A stretch of 64,000 bases of DNA from Macrostomum hystrix. Lineage: Eukaryota; Animalia; Platyhelminthes. A program made the position numbers and the translations under genes. The notes under the pieces were generated by a model. The model was not told where the DNA came from and did no database searches. It was given only the letters and a program-made list of their open reading frames with translations. The DNA lies in NCBI GenBank assembly GCA_950097015.1, contig CATNEN010000007.1, positions 6,386,001-6,450,000 on the forward strand, written 5' to 3'. This document shows positions 36,844-48,500 of the stretch, piece after piece. Position 1 is the stretch's first letter. Every line of letters begins with the position of its first letter.

Positions 36844-37242
36844 AACTGGCAATCATCCCAATTTAGCCAACTTAATGTTTGGCCGATCGGGGCCAGCGCT
36901 TTGGCCTGTTGCTAAAAATAACCGTTCGTCTTGCCAAACGGACTTCTGGTAAAAATAGCTTCATTCATTATTGAATAATCCAAATCTGTCTGACTTGTTC
37001 GTCTTATTAACGCCTTTGGTTATTTTATTGTGTCCAAATGCAGACTGGCTTTTGTTAGCTAATGAACCTGGTCCTACATAATTCATGCACTGGCTCTTTT
37101 TAAGGCGCGAATGCAGAGAGCGAATTCGTTTTCTAATCAGCAGAAATATCCTTTTTATGTTGCCTTTTCATGTAGGCTCGGTTGACAAACAGCAACACCT
37201 ACGAGCTACTTTAGTATTTGCCATTTCTGCTCTACTTGCTTC

Positions 37243-37805
37243 CACTCCAGTCTGTTCTATTCCCTTCTACTCTGTTCTACTCCAGTCTGTTCCATTCCCT
37301 ACTACTCTGTTCTACTCCAGTCTGTTCCATTCCCATCTACTCTGTTCTACTCCAGTCTGTTCCATTCCCTTCTACTCTGTTCTACTCCAGTCTGTTCCAT
37401 TCCCTTCTACTCTGTTCTACTCCAGTCTGTTCCATTCCCTTCTACTCTGTTCTACTCCAGTCTGTTCCATTCCCTTCTACTCTGTTCTACTCCAGTCTGT
37501 TCCATTCCCTTCTACTCTGTTCTACTCCAGTCTGTTCCATTCCCTTCTACTCTGTTCTACTCCAGTCTGTTCCATTCCCTTCTACTCTGTTCTACTCCAG
37601 TCTGTTCCATTCCCTTCTACTCTGTTCTACTCCAGTTTGTTCCATTCCCATCTACTCTGTTCTACTCCAGTCTGTTCCATTCCCTTCTACTCTGTTCTAC
37701 TCCAGTCAGTTCCATTCCCTTCTACTCTGTTCTACTCCAGTCTGTTCCATTCCCTTCTTTTCTATTACCTTGATTTCTAGTCTATTCTACTCTATTCTAC
37801 TCCAG
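37243..37805. repeat. 35-bp tandem array TCTGTTCCATTCCCTTCTACTCTGTTCTACTCCAG
   Basis: Period 35 (37391, 37426). Confidence 0.97.
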
Positions 37806-38424
37806 CCTATACCTTCCCAATGCAGTTTAGACGCGGTCCGGGCCCAGCACTCCAGAAAGTGTGGCCTCTTGCACCTCTGCGGCACAGGATTGGAATCTAT
37901 TTTCGACCTATCGGCCCTGCCAAGGTGTTCATGGGCCGCACCTGCCCTGTCTACCCGGTCCCAGCTGACAGCTGCTGCTATCTATATCTGTCCATCTCTT
38001 GGAACCCTGACTCCGGGCGTCAGTCGCCAGTTGAAATCAATATTCCCCCAGCTTTAATTAAACAGAGCCTGCCAAAGCTGATCGTGTTTTTTGGCTGCAT
38101 CAAACTATCAAGACTTTTCTCAATATCTTGCATGAATAAAGACCCACTCGAATTCTTGTCACTATTGAATGATTCTCGGAGTCTCTTTGAGTCTATTTGT
38201 GCCCAATGCACACTAACTAGGCTAGCTAGCATGCAGACTCAAAACGTTTGGGAGCTTCTCTATAAAAAGTTAACAAATTTATTCGTATTAAGGCTTCGTG
38301 TTTCGAACTGTAAAGACAATCTAAAGTCTTTGTCTTTAGGACTTATTTTTATCTAACATTATATTTATCTTACTATCGTGCAGACCTATTAGCTAAACAG
38401 TGAGTTGAAAATCGTGACTATAAT

Positions 38425-38932
38425 CGTGTGAATAGTTAGACATTGTGTGAATAGTTAGACATTGTGTGAATAGTTAGACATTGTGTGAATAGTTAGACAT
38501 TGTGTGAATAGTTAGACATTGTGTGAATAGTTAGACATTGTACGAATACTTGGACATTGTGTGAATAGTTAGACATTGTGTGAATAGTTAGACATTGTGT
38601 GAATAGTTAGACATTGTATGAATACTTGGACATTGTGTGAATAGTTAGACATTGTGTGAATAGTTAGACATTGTATGAATACTTGGACATTGTGTGAATA
38701 GTTAGACATTGTGTGAATAGTTAGACATTGTGTGAATAGTTAGACATTGTATGAATACTTGGACATTGTGTGAATAGTTAGACATTGTGTGAATAGTTAG
38801 ACATTGTATGAATACTTGGACATTGTGTGAATAGTTAGACATTGTGTGAATAGTTAGACATTGTATGAATACTTGGACATTGTGTGAATAGTTAGACATT
38901 GTGTGAATAGTTAGACATTGTGTGAATAGTTT
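38425..38932. repeat. 19-bp tandem array GACATTGTGTGAATAGTTA with a 57-bp higher-order unit
   Basis: Variant GACATTGTATGAATACTTG recurs every third unit. Confidence 0.96.
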
Positions 38933-39099
38933 ACAATCGGGCAGAGAATGCCAGTTTTCAGTGCTCCTGTCCTCAACTGACTCACCAATATAACAGAAAT
39001 CGGTAGCGCCAATGACGGCTGTCTGTTTGAGCAGCTGGGACTGTGGGACCTTGGGCCGGGCACTGACCAATGCGGTCTCGCCTCCGCCCACGCACGAGC

Positions 39100-39145
39100 C
39101 AGACCGGCCCCGCCCCCAGCTCGGGCAGTGCTTAAATACTGGCGG
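39100..39145 (+). promoter_or_regulatory. Putative core promoter of the NPF gene (GC box plus TATA-like element)
   Basis: GGCCCCGCCCCC at ~39106 and TTAAATA at ~39132, ~140 bp upstream of the ATG. Confidence 0.4.
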
Positions 39146-39273
39146 CGCTCCGCGGCGTAGCGCCAGGTAGAGAATTTCGCATTGAGACCGCATTGCCGAT
39201 TGAGCAGCGACAATCAAGTCGGCACAGATTCATACGCGCAGCAGAAAGCGAGAATTGAAACTCCAGCACCGCA

Positions 39274-39633
39274 ATGCCCAGCACCAGACAGCAGCTCGTC
39301 AGCACTCCCTACCGGCTGCAGCCATCGCCGCCACAGCTGCCGCCGCTGCTGCCGCCGCTGCTGCTGCTTTTGCTGCTGGTGGCGGCGGCGGGCGGCGCCC
39401 AGGCGGCCCCGCTCTCGGTGTCGCTACCAGAAGCGTCGTCGTCCAGCTGGGAGGTCCGCAGTCAGCAGCAGCGCCAGGATGCGCCGGTGGTTGCCGCGAA
39501 GCGAACCAGCTGGCTGATCAACGTCCCCGGCGTCGGGCAGGTCCGACTATTTGCCTCGCAGCGAGATGCGCAGGCCTACCTGAGCAACCTGAGCCACTAC
39601 CTGTACACCGTGAACCGGCCCAGGTTCGGCTGA
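39274..39633 (+). CDS. Neuropeptide Y/F (NPF) precursor, 119 aa
   Basis: Poly-Leu signal peptide ending AQA; KR site; 41-aa peptide TSWLINVPGVGQVRLFASQRDAQAYLSNLSHYLYTVNRPRF plus G amide donor; Tyr at positions 10 and 17 from the C-terminus; AATAAA at ~39916. Confidence 0.92.
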   Translation: MPSTRQQLVSTPYRLQPSPPQLPPLLPPLLLLLLLVAAAGGAQAAPLSVSLPEASSSSWEVRSQQQRQDAPVVAAKRTSWLINVPGVGQVRLFASQRDAQAYLSNLSHYLYTVNRPRFG

Positions 39634-40139
39634 AGGCCGCTGGAGATGAAAGGGCGGCCATCGCGCTTCGCTATCACACCTTCGCCGACCCTTTGCACGA
39701 TGCCTCAAAGCCTGGGCGCGCTTTAACCCTGGCCCGAAGAGTTCTGATAAAGTAACTGCTCTGTCGTTATTTCTTGAGTTGACTCGCTAATCTCGGACAG
39801 ATCGTTGGGGATGGGGAGTGAGTCGGGATAGTCGCTGCTCAAGATGAACGCACTCAAGATGAGCGTCAAATGAACGCACTGCCTACTCTGCTGCCACCCA
39901 CTTTGAAAAAACTTTAATAAATACAAATACAGACACATGCTAATACCTGGCTGAGAATCAAAACAATTCTGCATCGAAGAGCGCCGCGTGCTTTTCAGAA
40001 TTGTTTGCACTCTTAGTCACCTCTGCCAATTTCACGGACTCCGTGAGAAGAGATGCTGTGATGGAGACGTCAAATTTAGTGGGAGAGAGGTATTAGGATA
40101 CAACAGATTAAACTGAGGGACATCAGGGTAAAAACGAAC

Positions 40140-40580
40140 AGAAATAGAGACGGATAGAGATGGAGAGATACAGACAGATAAAGACGGATAGAGATGGAGA
40201 GATACAGACAGATAAAGTCGGATAGAGATGGAGAGATAAAGATGGATAGAGATAAAGAGATAAATACGGATAGAGATAATTAAAGATGGATATAGATGGA
40301 TAAAGACTGATAGAAATGGAGAGATAAAGACGGATAAAGATAACGAGATAAAGACGGATAGAGATGGATAAAGACGGATAAAGATGGATAAAGACGGATA
40401 AAGATGGATAAAGACGGATAGAGATGGATAGAGACAGGGAGAGACAGATGGAGACGGATAGAGACAAAGAAAGAGACGGAGAGAGACAGATAAGGATGGA
40501 GAGAGACAGATAGAGGGACGCAGAGAAAGACGGATACAGGCGAAACGATAGAGACAGATAAATACGGAGAGAGAGAGAAT
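40140..40580. repeat. Purine-rich simple repeat (GGATAAAGAC/GGATAGAGAT-like 10-mer)
   Basis: Direct observation. Confidence 0.9.
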
Positions 40581-41157
40581 CGAGCTCGTAGTCAGAGTTC
40601 GAACAGAGGGGAGGCCCGGCCGTGCTAAACTCACTCGTAAAAATGCTGCAAATGGGTGCATAAAGTTAAGAATCGAATGGGAGGAATTGATGGCGGCAGT
40701 ATATTATGTCCATAATAAATCATCACATCCGGCTCATAATATGATGCGGCCTCAGCCGCAGCCTCACTGCAGAAGTCCTGAGAAACACAAGAAATGGATT
40801 CGCAATTAGCTGGCCAGGAAATTTGCTGCATCTGTTTTTGTTGATGTCTTCTGATATTGATTGAGTTCTTTCTCAGCATTTTTTCTCAATGGAATTCAGC
40901 TTAAAAGTTAGGTGTTACTGCTGCTTAGAAGGCAGAGTAAAAAATCAGTGGGCAAGGAACGCCTAGTTATCCAGTGCTTCAGTTCATTCAGTTGTAAAAT
41001 GGGCACAAAAATTTGTGTTGCAGCCTCCAGTCCACGGACTGAACTGCTGTTACACGGCTGTACATCTGGCTCGACTGGGCTATGAGTTATTTCTGACTCG
41101 ATCAAGAATCGAATGACATTACTAAATAAGTGACTTCGAAAAATAGCAGTGTAACTT

Positions 41158-41596
41158 TGAAGAATGGCAGTGTGACATGGAAGAATGGCAGTGTGACATG
41201 GAAGAATGGCAGTGCGACATGGAAGAATGGCAGTGCGACATGGAAGAATGGCAGTGTGACATGGAAGAATGGCAGTGTGACATGGAAGAATGGCAGTGTG
41301 ACATGGAAGAATGGCAGTGTGACATGGAAGAATGGCAGTGTGACATGGAAGAATGGCAGTGTGACATGGAAGAATGGCAGTGTGACATGGAAGAATGGCA
41401 GTGTGACATGGAAGAATGGCAGTGTGACATGGAAGAATGGCAGTGTGACATGGAAGAATGGCAGTGTGACATGGAAGAATGGCAGTGTGACATGGAAGAA
41501 TGGCAGTGTGACATGGAAGAATGGCAGTGTGACATGGAAGAATGGCAGTGTGACATGGAAGAATGGCAGTGTGACATGGAAGAATGGCAGTGTGAC
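41158..41596. repeat. 21-bp tandem array TGGAAGAATGGCAGTGTGACA
   Basis: ~20 near-identical copies. Confidence 0.98.
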
Positions 41597-42134
41597 TACC
41601 CATCCGACCCTGTGACGTTACTTTTTTAACCTAAATCGACGACTTTATTTGGCGCTGTCAAGCAAGCAAGATTTGAAGGCACAGTTAGTCATGCCGAATT
41701 CGCATTGTTTGTACCTGGACCAATAAAATTGTTATTGCAATAAACATGACGGATTCAGTGATTTTCGCATAATTTTTCATTTCGATTGGAAAACAAACAG
41801 ATGGGTAACGGTCTGCTAATTTCCTGTTGCAAAAAGCAGTCTCATTAAACTCCAGCTGTGTGGGCGGCTGACTGAATGCACAGCGCATCGGAAGATCACA
41901 GTGATTAGATGCCTGTGCGCCCGTTTCTTCTCAGGTTTAATTTCGGGCTTGTGAAAATGAAAATACGGCTCGTATTAGTCTCTGAGGCCACTGCGCGGGG
42001 CAGGTGCTGTGTCTGGGCAGCCGCATACAGTGCTTGCGGCATTGCTAATAGCTGTTCACACAATGCGCTCGCAGCATGTCATTTGGCAACACTGCGAAAC
42101 CGACAAAATTTGTGAATAGCAACTTTGTGTGAGC

Positions 42135-42290
42135 AGTTGAGAACTGTGGTTGAGAACTGTGGTTGAGAACAGTGGTTGAGAACAGTGGTTGAGAACAGTG
42201 GTTGAGAACAGTGGTTGAGAACAGTAGTTGAGAACAGTGGTTTAGAACTGTGGTTGAGAACAGCAGTTGAGAACGGAAGATGAGAACATT
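42135..42290. repeat. 13-bp tandem array GAGAACAGTGGTT
   Basis: Direct observation. Confidence 0.9.
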
Positions 42291-42507
42291 AAGCCCTTCA
42301 GTGTGTCAGAGCCAGCAATCAGATTTACACTGAGTGCGTATATTTTCTGTCACTGCCCCGAAGCATTAGTGCTGCACGATAATTATTGATTAGAGAATCT
42401 CAAAATCAGGCATTGTAATCAAATTTGTCAGTCAAAAAACTGTGGAGCGAGTTCGGAGCCGAGAAGCAAGCCGATTAAGTTTATTCCGCTGACCCAGCCG
42501 GTTTAAG

Positions 42508-45500
42508 TCAGGCGCCATCGAGCTCCGTCGGCGGGCAGCTGTCGACGTGGCAGCGCGGACGGCCGACCAGCGTGTCGGACAGGGCGCAGGTGCAGCGCTG
42601 GCACAGCGGCTGCCCAAGGCGGTCACGCAGCCAGGAAAATATCTTCCGGCTGAGTTCCACGCTCTCCCTGCGACTGGCTGCGAATCTGTCTAGGTGCCAC
42701 ACTGTGCCGCTGGCTGAGGATGGGGGAGCGGCGAGGTTTAACCAGTGCCCGCGGGGACTGCTTCAAACTGTCCACCTAGGCTGTCTCAAACTGTCCACCT
42801 GGACTGCCTCAGACTGCCCACCTGGACTGCCTCAAACTGTCCACCTGGACTGCTTCAAACTGTCCACCTAGGCTGCCTCAAACTGTCCACCTGGACTGCC
42901 TCAAACTGTCCACCTGGACTGCCTCAGACTGCCCACCTGGACTGCCTCAAACTGTCCACCTGGACTGCTTCAAACTGTCCACCTGGACTGCCTCAAACTG
43001 TCCACCTAGGCTGTCTCAAACTTTCCACCTAGGCTGTCTTAAACTTTCCACCTGGACTGCTTCAAACTGTCCACCTGGACTGCCTCAAACTGTCCACCTA
43101 GGCTGTCTCAAACTTTCCACCTAGGCTGTCTTAAACTTTCCACCTGGACTGCCTTAAACTGTCCACCTAGGCTGTCTCAAACTGTCCACCTGGACTGCCT
43201 CAGACTGCCCACCTGGACTGCCTCAAACTGTCCACCTGGACTGCTTCAAACTGTCCACCTAGGCTGCCTCAAACTGTCCACCTGGACTGCCTCAAACTGT
43301 CCACCTAGGCTGTCTCAAACTTTCCACCTAGGCTGTCTTAAACTTTCCACCTGGACTGCTTCAAACTGTCCACCTGGACTGCCTCAAACTGTCCACCTAG
43401 GCTGTCTCAAACTTTCCACCTAGGCTGTCTTAAACTTTCCACCTGGACTGCCTTAAACTGTCCACCTGGACTGCCTCAAACTGTCCACCTGGACTGCCTC
43501 AAACTGTCCACCTAGGCTGTCTCAAACTTTCCACCTAGGCTGTCTTAAACTTTCCACCTGGACTGCTTCAAACTGTCCACCTGGACTGCCTCAAACTGTC
43601 CACCTAGGCTGTCTCAAACTTTCCACCTAGGCTGTCTTAAACTTTCCACCTGGACTGCTTCAAACTGTCCACCTGGACTGCCTCAAACTGTCCACCTGGA
43701 CTGCCTCAAACTGTCCACCTGGACTGCCTCAAACTGTCCAACTAGGCTGTCTCAAACTTTCCACCTAGGCTGTCTCAAACTTTCCACCTGGACTGCCTCA
43801 AACTGTCCACCTGGACTGCCTCAAACTGTCCACCTGGACTGCCTCAAACTGTCCACCTGGACTGCCTCAAACTGTCCACCTGGACTGCCTCAAACTGTCC
43901 ACCTGGACTACCTCAAACTGTCCACCTAGGCTGTCTCAAACTTTCCACCTGGACTGCTTCAAACTGTCCACCTGGACTGCCTCAAACTGTCCACCTGGAC
44001 TGCCTCAAACTGTCCACCTGGACTGCCTCAAACTGTCCACCTAGGCTGTCTCAAACTGTCCACCTGGACTGCCTCAAACTGTCCACCTAGGCTGTCTCAA
44101 ACTGTCCACCTAGATTGCATCAAACTGTCCCCCTAGATTGCCTCAAACTGTCCACCTGGACTGCTCACCTTTGTTCTGCATGTCCATCGCCAGCTCCGCG
44201 CTGCAGTCGCCGCTGGGGTTCAGCGCGGCCAATCCGCTGATAGGCTCCGACCGCCTGTCAGAGTAGAAAGTCTCCTTCCTGTCGTAGCCAAGTAGGTTCT
44301 GCAGCCAGTCGTTGGTGCGGGTCGGCTTTGGGATGCCCCGCTTAGTCAGCACGTGTAAGAAGATCTCGCTGCTGATAGATCTGAACGCGTTGTCGAATGC
44401 CTTGGCGTAGTCCCAGGATCGAGCGGTGCACCTGTAGGATTGGGATTGGCGAAAGGTAAAAAAGGGGTTGGTATCTAGGGTGGCAAAAATGGGTTTTGTC
44501 TCTAGTTAGGTAAAAAAAGTTGGTGTCGTAGGAATTGGGGTTGGTGCATGGTGAGGTAGGAAATGGGGTTGCTGTCTAGCGGGTAGGAAATGGGGTTGGT
44601 GTCTAGCGGGTAGGAAATGGGGTTGCTGTCTAGTGGGGTAGGAAATGGGGTTAGTGTATAGTATCGTAGGAAATGGGGTTGGTGTATAGTGTCGTAGGAA
44701 ATGGGGTTGCTGTCTAGCGGGTAGGAAATGGGGTTGGTGTCTAGCGGGTAGGAAATGGGGTTGCTGTCTAGCGGGTAGGAAATGGGGTTGCTGTCTAGTG
44801 GGGTAGGAAATGGGGTTAGTGTATAGTATCGTAGGAAATGGGGTTGGTGTATGGTGAGGTAGGAAATGGGGTTGGTGTATGGTGAGGTAGGAAATGGGGT
44901 TGCTGTCTAGCGGGGTAGAAAAGGGTTAGGAAATGGGGTTGGTGTATTGTGGGGTAGGAAATGGGGTTGGTTTATTGTGGGGTAGGAACTGGGGTTGGTG
45001 TCAAACAGTTGTGAAAGTGAAAATACTTACTCCTGACAGGTGACCAGGAACACGTGCTTCTGGGCCAGCGGCTCCCACTGATACTGGGTCTGCAGTGCGG
45101 CCAGCGCGCTAAGCACGTCGAACTGCTGTACGGAGGTGCCGTTGAGTCGGGTCTTCACCAGGCCAGCGTTCAGGTCGGCCAAGGTGCCGAATCGACCGCT
45201 GGTGTCGTGAATCGGGTGGGCAGTCAGCGCCAGGTGGTTGTTACCGCTGCCACCGTAGTGAGCGAGGCCGAATTCAACTGACTTCACGTCCGTGTAGCGG
45301 GTCTTGATCCGGTCTGGAATTTCGGTTAAAAGTGAGGTGGGTTCTGTGTTGGTAGGCAGTGAGGTGGGTTCTGTGTTGGTAGGCTGTGAGGTGGGTTCTG
45401 TGTTGGTAGGCAGTGAGGTGGGTTCTGTGTTGGTAGGCTGTGAGGTGGGTTTTGTGTTGGTAGCTGTGAGGTGGGTTCTGTGTTGGTAGGCAGTGAGGTG

Positions 45501-48500
45501 GGTTCTGTGTTGGTAGGCAGTGAGGTGGGTTCTGTGTTGGTAGGCAGTGAGGTGGGTTCTGTGTTGGTAGGCAGTGAGGTGGGTTCTGTGTTGGTAGGCA
45601 GTGAGGTGGGTTCTGTGTTGTTAGGCAGTGAGGTGGGTTCTGTGTTGGTAGGCAGTGAGGTGGGTTCTGTGTTGGTAGGCAGTGAGGTGGGTTCTGTGTT
45701 GGTAGGCTGTGAGGTGGGTTCTGTGTTGGTAGGCAGTGAGGTGGGTTCTGTGTTGGTAGGCAGTGAGGTGGGTTCTGTGTTGGTAGGCAGTTAGGTGGGT
45801 TCTGTGTTGGTAGGCTGTGAGGTGGGTTCTGTGTTGGTAGGCAGTTAGGTGGGTTCTGTGTTGGTAGGCTGTGAGGTGGGTTCTGTGTTGGTAGGCAGTT
45901 AGGTGGGTTCTGTGTTGGTAGGCTGTGAGGTGGGTTCTGTGTTGGTAGGCTGTGAGGTATGTTCTGTGTTTGTAGGCAGTGAGGTGGGTTCTGTGTTGGT
46001 AGGCAGTGAGGTGGGTTCTGTGTTGGTAGGCAGTGAGGTGGGTTCTGTGTTGGTAGGCAGTGAGGTGGGTTCTGTGTTGGTAGGCAGTGAGGTGGGTTCT
46101 GTGTTGGTAGGCAGTGAGGTGGGTTCTGTGTTGGTAGGCAGTGAGGTGTGTTCTGTGTTTGTAGGCAGTGAGGTGGGTTCTGTGTTGGTAGGCAGTGAGG
46201 TGGGTTCTGTGTGTGCTCCCCTTCATTATTTGTTTATAGACCCGTATTTCGAGACGGCCGCATGCCCCAAACTGTTGCAAAATCATCTGAAGGATACAGC
46301 TACTCGCCCGTGACAGTGCACTTTGATGTCCTGCATCGCATTGCTAGCTGATGATGTTTACTTGGAGCAGACACGGAGCAGGTGTGAATGAGATAATGCT
46401 ACTTTGATTGACAGGCTTGCTTGAATTCCCACTAGATCAAGCGATCTCAAAGTCTGTTTGTTCGAAATTCCCGAATTCAGCTTTCTAGTACGGATTTCTG
46501 CTTCGTAATCAGACTTGTTTGCGCAAGGCCAATTTAGTTTTCACAAATTAGCAGGTATATTTATAGCCAATGCATCTCTGCACTTCCTACCTTATTCGTA
46601 CCCAACGCTTTTAACAACCTTTACTGTAATTTTCTGTGTTTTCTAATAATTTTAAAATAATTACTTTCCGAGCCGTGTTGTGCAACAATGACCGCCTTGT
46701 TAGCCGGTCGGACACAACAATTATACAATTTAGGTAAGGGAAAATTGTCCCCACTACAAATTTTGCAGGTCGTGCCAAGGAAAAGGAACATTTATTTATT
46801 TATCTATTTATTTCTATTGTGTATGGAAAGGCTTGGTTGGATAGCTGCTGCTGCTGCTTTAGAATGCTCGCATTTTCAATCCAGTGTTCCTTTGGTTCAA
46901 GTGACGAGACATCGAGTTCATTCAGAGGAATAAATGAATTAATCTCGGTTGCTAGGCCGGCAGCTCGAAACTCCACGTGCTCGTCCTTGGCGGCTTGGCG
47001 CCTGTATCTGTGTGCCTGTGTACTGTATGTGTGTGCCTGTGTACTGTATCTTTGTGCCTGTGTACTGTATCTGTGTGCCTGTGTACTGTATCTGTGTGCC
47101 TGTGTACTGTATCTGTGTGCCTGTGTACTGTATCTGTGTGCCTGTGTACTGTATCTGTGTGCCTGTGTACTGTATCTGTGTGCCTGTGTACTGTATCTGT
47201 GTGCCTGTGTACTGTATCTGTGTGCCTGTGTACTGTATCTGTGTGCCTGTGTACTGTATCTGTGTGCCTGTGTACTGCATCTGTGTGCCTGTGTACTGTA
47301 TCTGTGTGCCTGTGTACTGTATCTGTGTGCCTGTGTACTGTATCTGTGTGCCTGTGTACTGTATCGTGTGCCTGTGTACTGTATCTGTGTGCCTGTGTAC
47401 TGTATCTGTGTGCCTGTGTACTGCATCTGTGTGCCTGTGTACTGTATCTGTGTGCCTGTGTATTGTATCTGTGTGCCTGTGTACTGTATCTGTGTGCCTG
47501 TGTATTGTATCTGTGTGCCTGTGTGCTCAGGGGTCAGCGGAATGAGCACAGTGGCTCCAAACCATGCTTCAGTGCACACAGCTCCCTGCGAATAAGATTA
47601 TTTATTACTCAAACAGAGCCACTCACCTATTAGGTTGGCCAGGTAGCTGAGCGAGGTGCCTCCTCGGCCTATGGACTGTCCGGCGCAAGTGGAGTTCTCC
47701 AGCAAGAAGACGACCTGCAGACGCTTGCGCAGAATGCGCGGATCGCTCACCAAGTCGTCCTTCACGATGCTGGTCTCCTCATCGATGCGGCAGCGGACGC
47801 AGCGGTAGGGCGTGTTGATGTTCACCAGCTCGTTGCGGCACCTGTCGGTGTACTGGATGGCCACCTCGCAGACGTCTTTGCGAAGTCGGGCATAGGCGCC
47901 GCACAACTCCAGGTAGGGCTCCGGGTCCACGGTGTTGAAGCACTTGTCAAACGAAGAGCTGCCAGGCGTGAACCACAGCTTGCAGACGGCGGCGTCGGAA
48001 GATCCGAGTCCGACAGCGGAGGCTGCCTCGCCGGATCCACTGGACTCGCCGGTGTCTGCAAGGCAGGCGCCAGAGGTCCAGAATCGGACATGCGAATCGC
48101 GGTTCCCTCCGCGCAGGTCGTTAGCCCGGTGGCCGTCGTTGCTGCCGGCCAGGCCGTCGATGCGCGCCTGGTACAGCGGGTGCACTCGGAGGACGCAGGA
48201 GTCGGTGATGGAGTTGCAGCGCAGCAGCAGGGTGTTGCGCAGGATCTCGCCGTGGAATCGGACCAGCAGGAGGCTCTTGCTGCGCTCGGCTTCCACCTTC
48301 CTGCCGCCCACGTATCGATTCATCGGCAGTCTCTCAATGCGGTTATCGACGCGGAATACACCACTCGGGCTGACTGAGTATTGCACTCTACCGAAACGGA
48401 TCAGCAGGTCGTGACGAGTTGGCGTCCCATTAATCGACCGGTAGCTCTGAGCCAACGTGAACTCGTTCTCTCGGAAGTCGTGCGCCAGGATGTAACTGCA

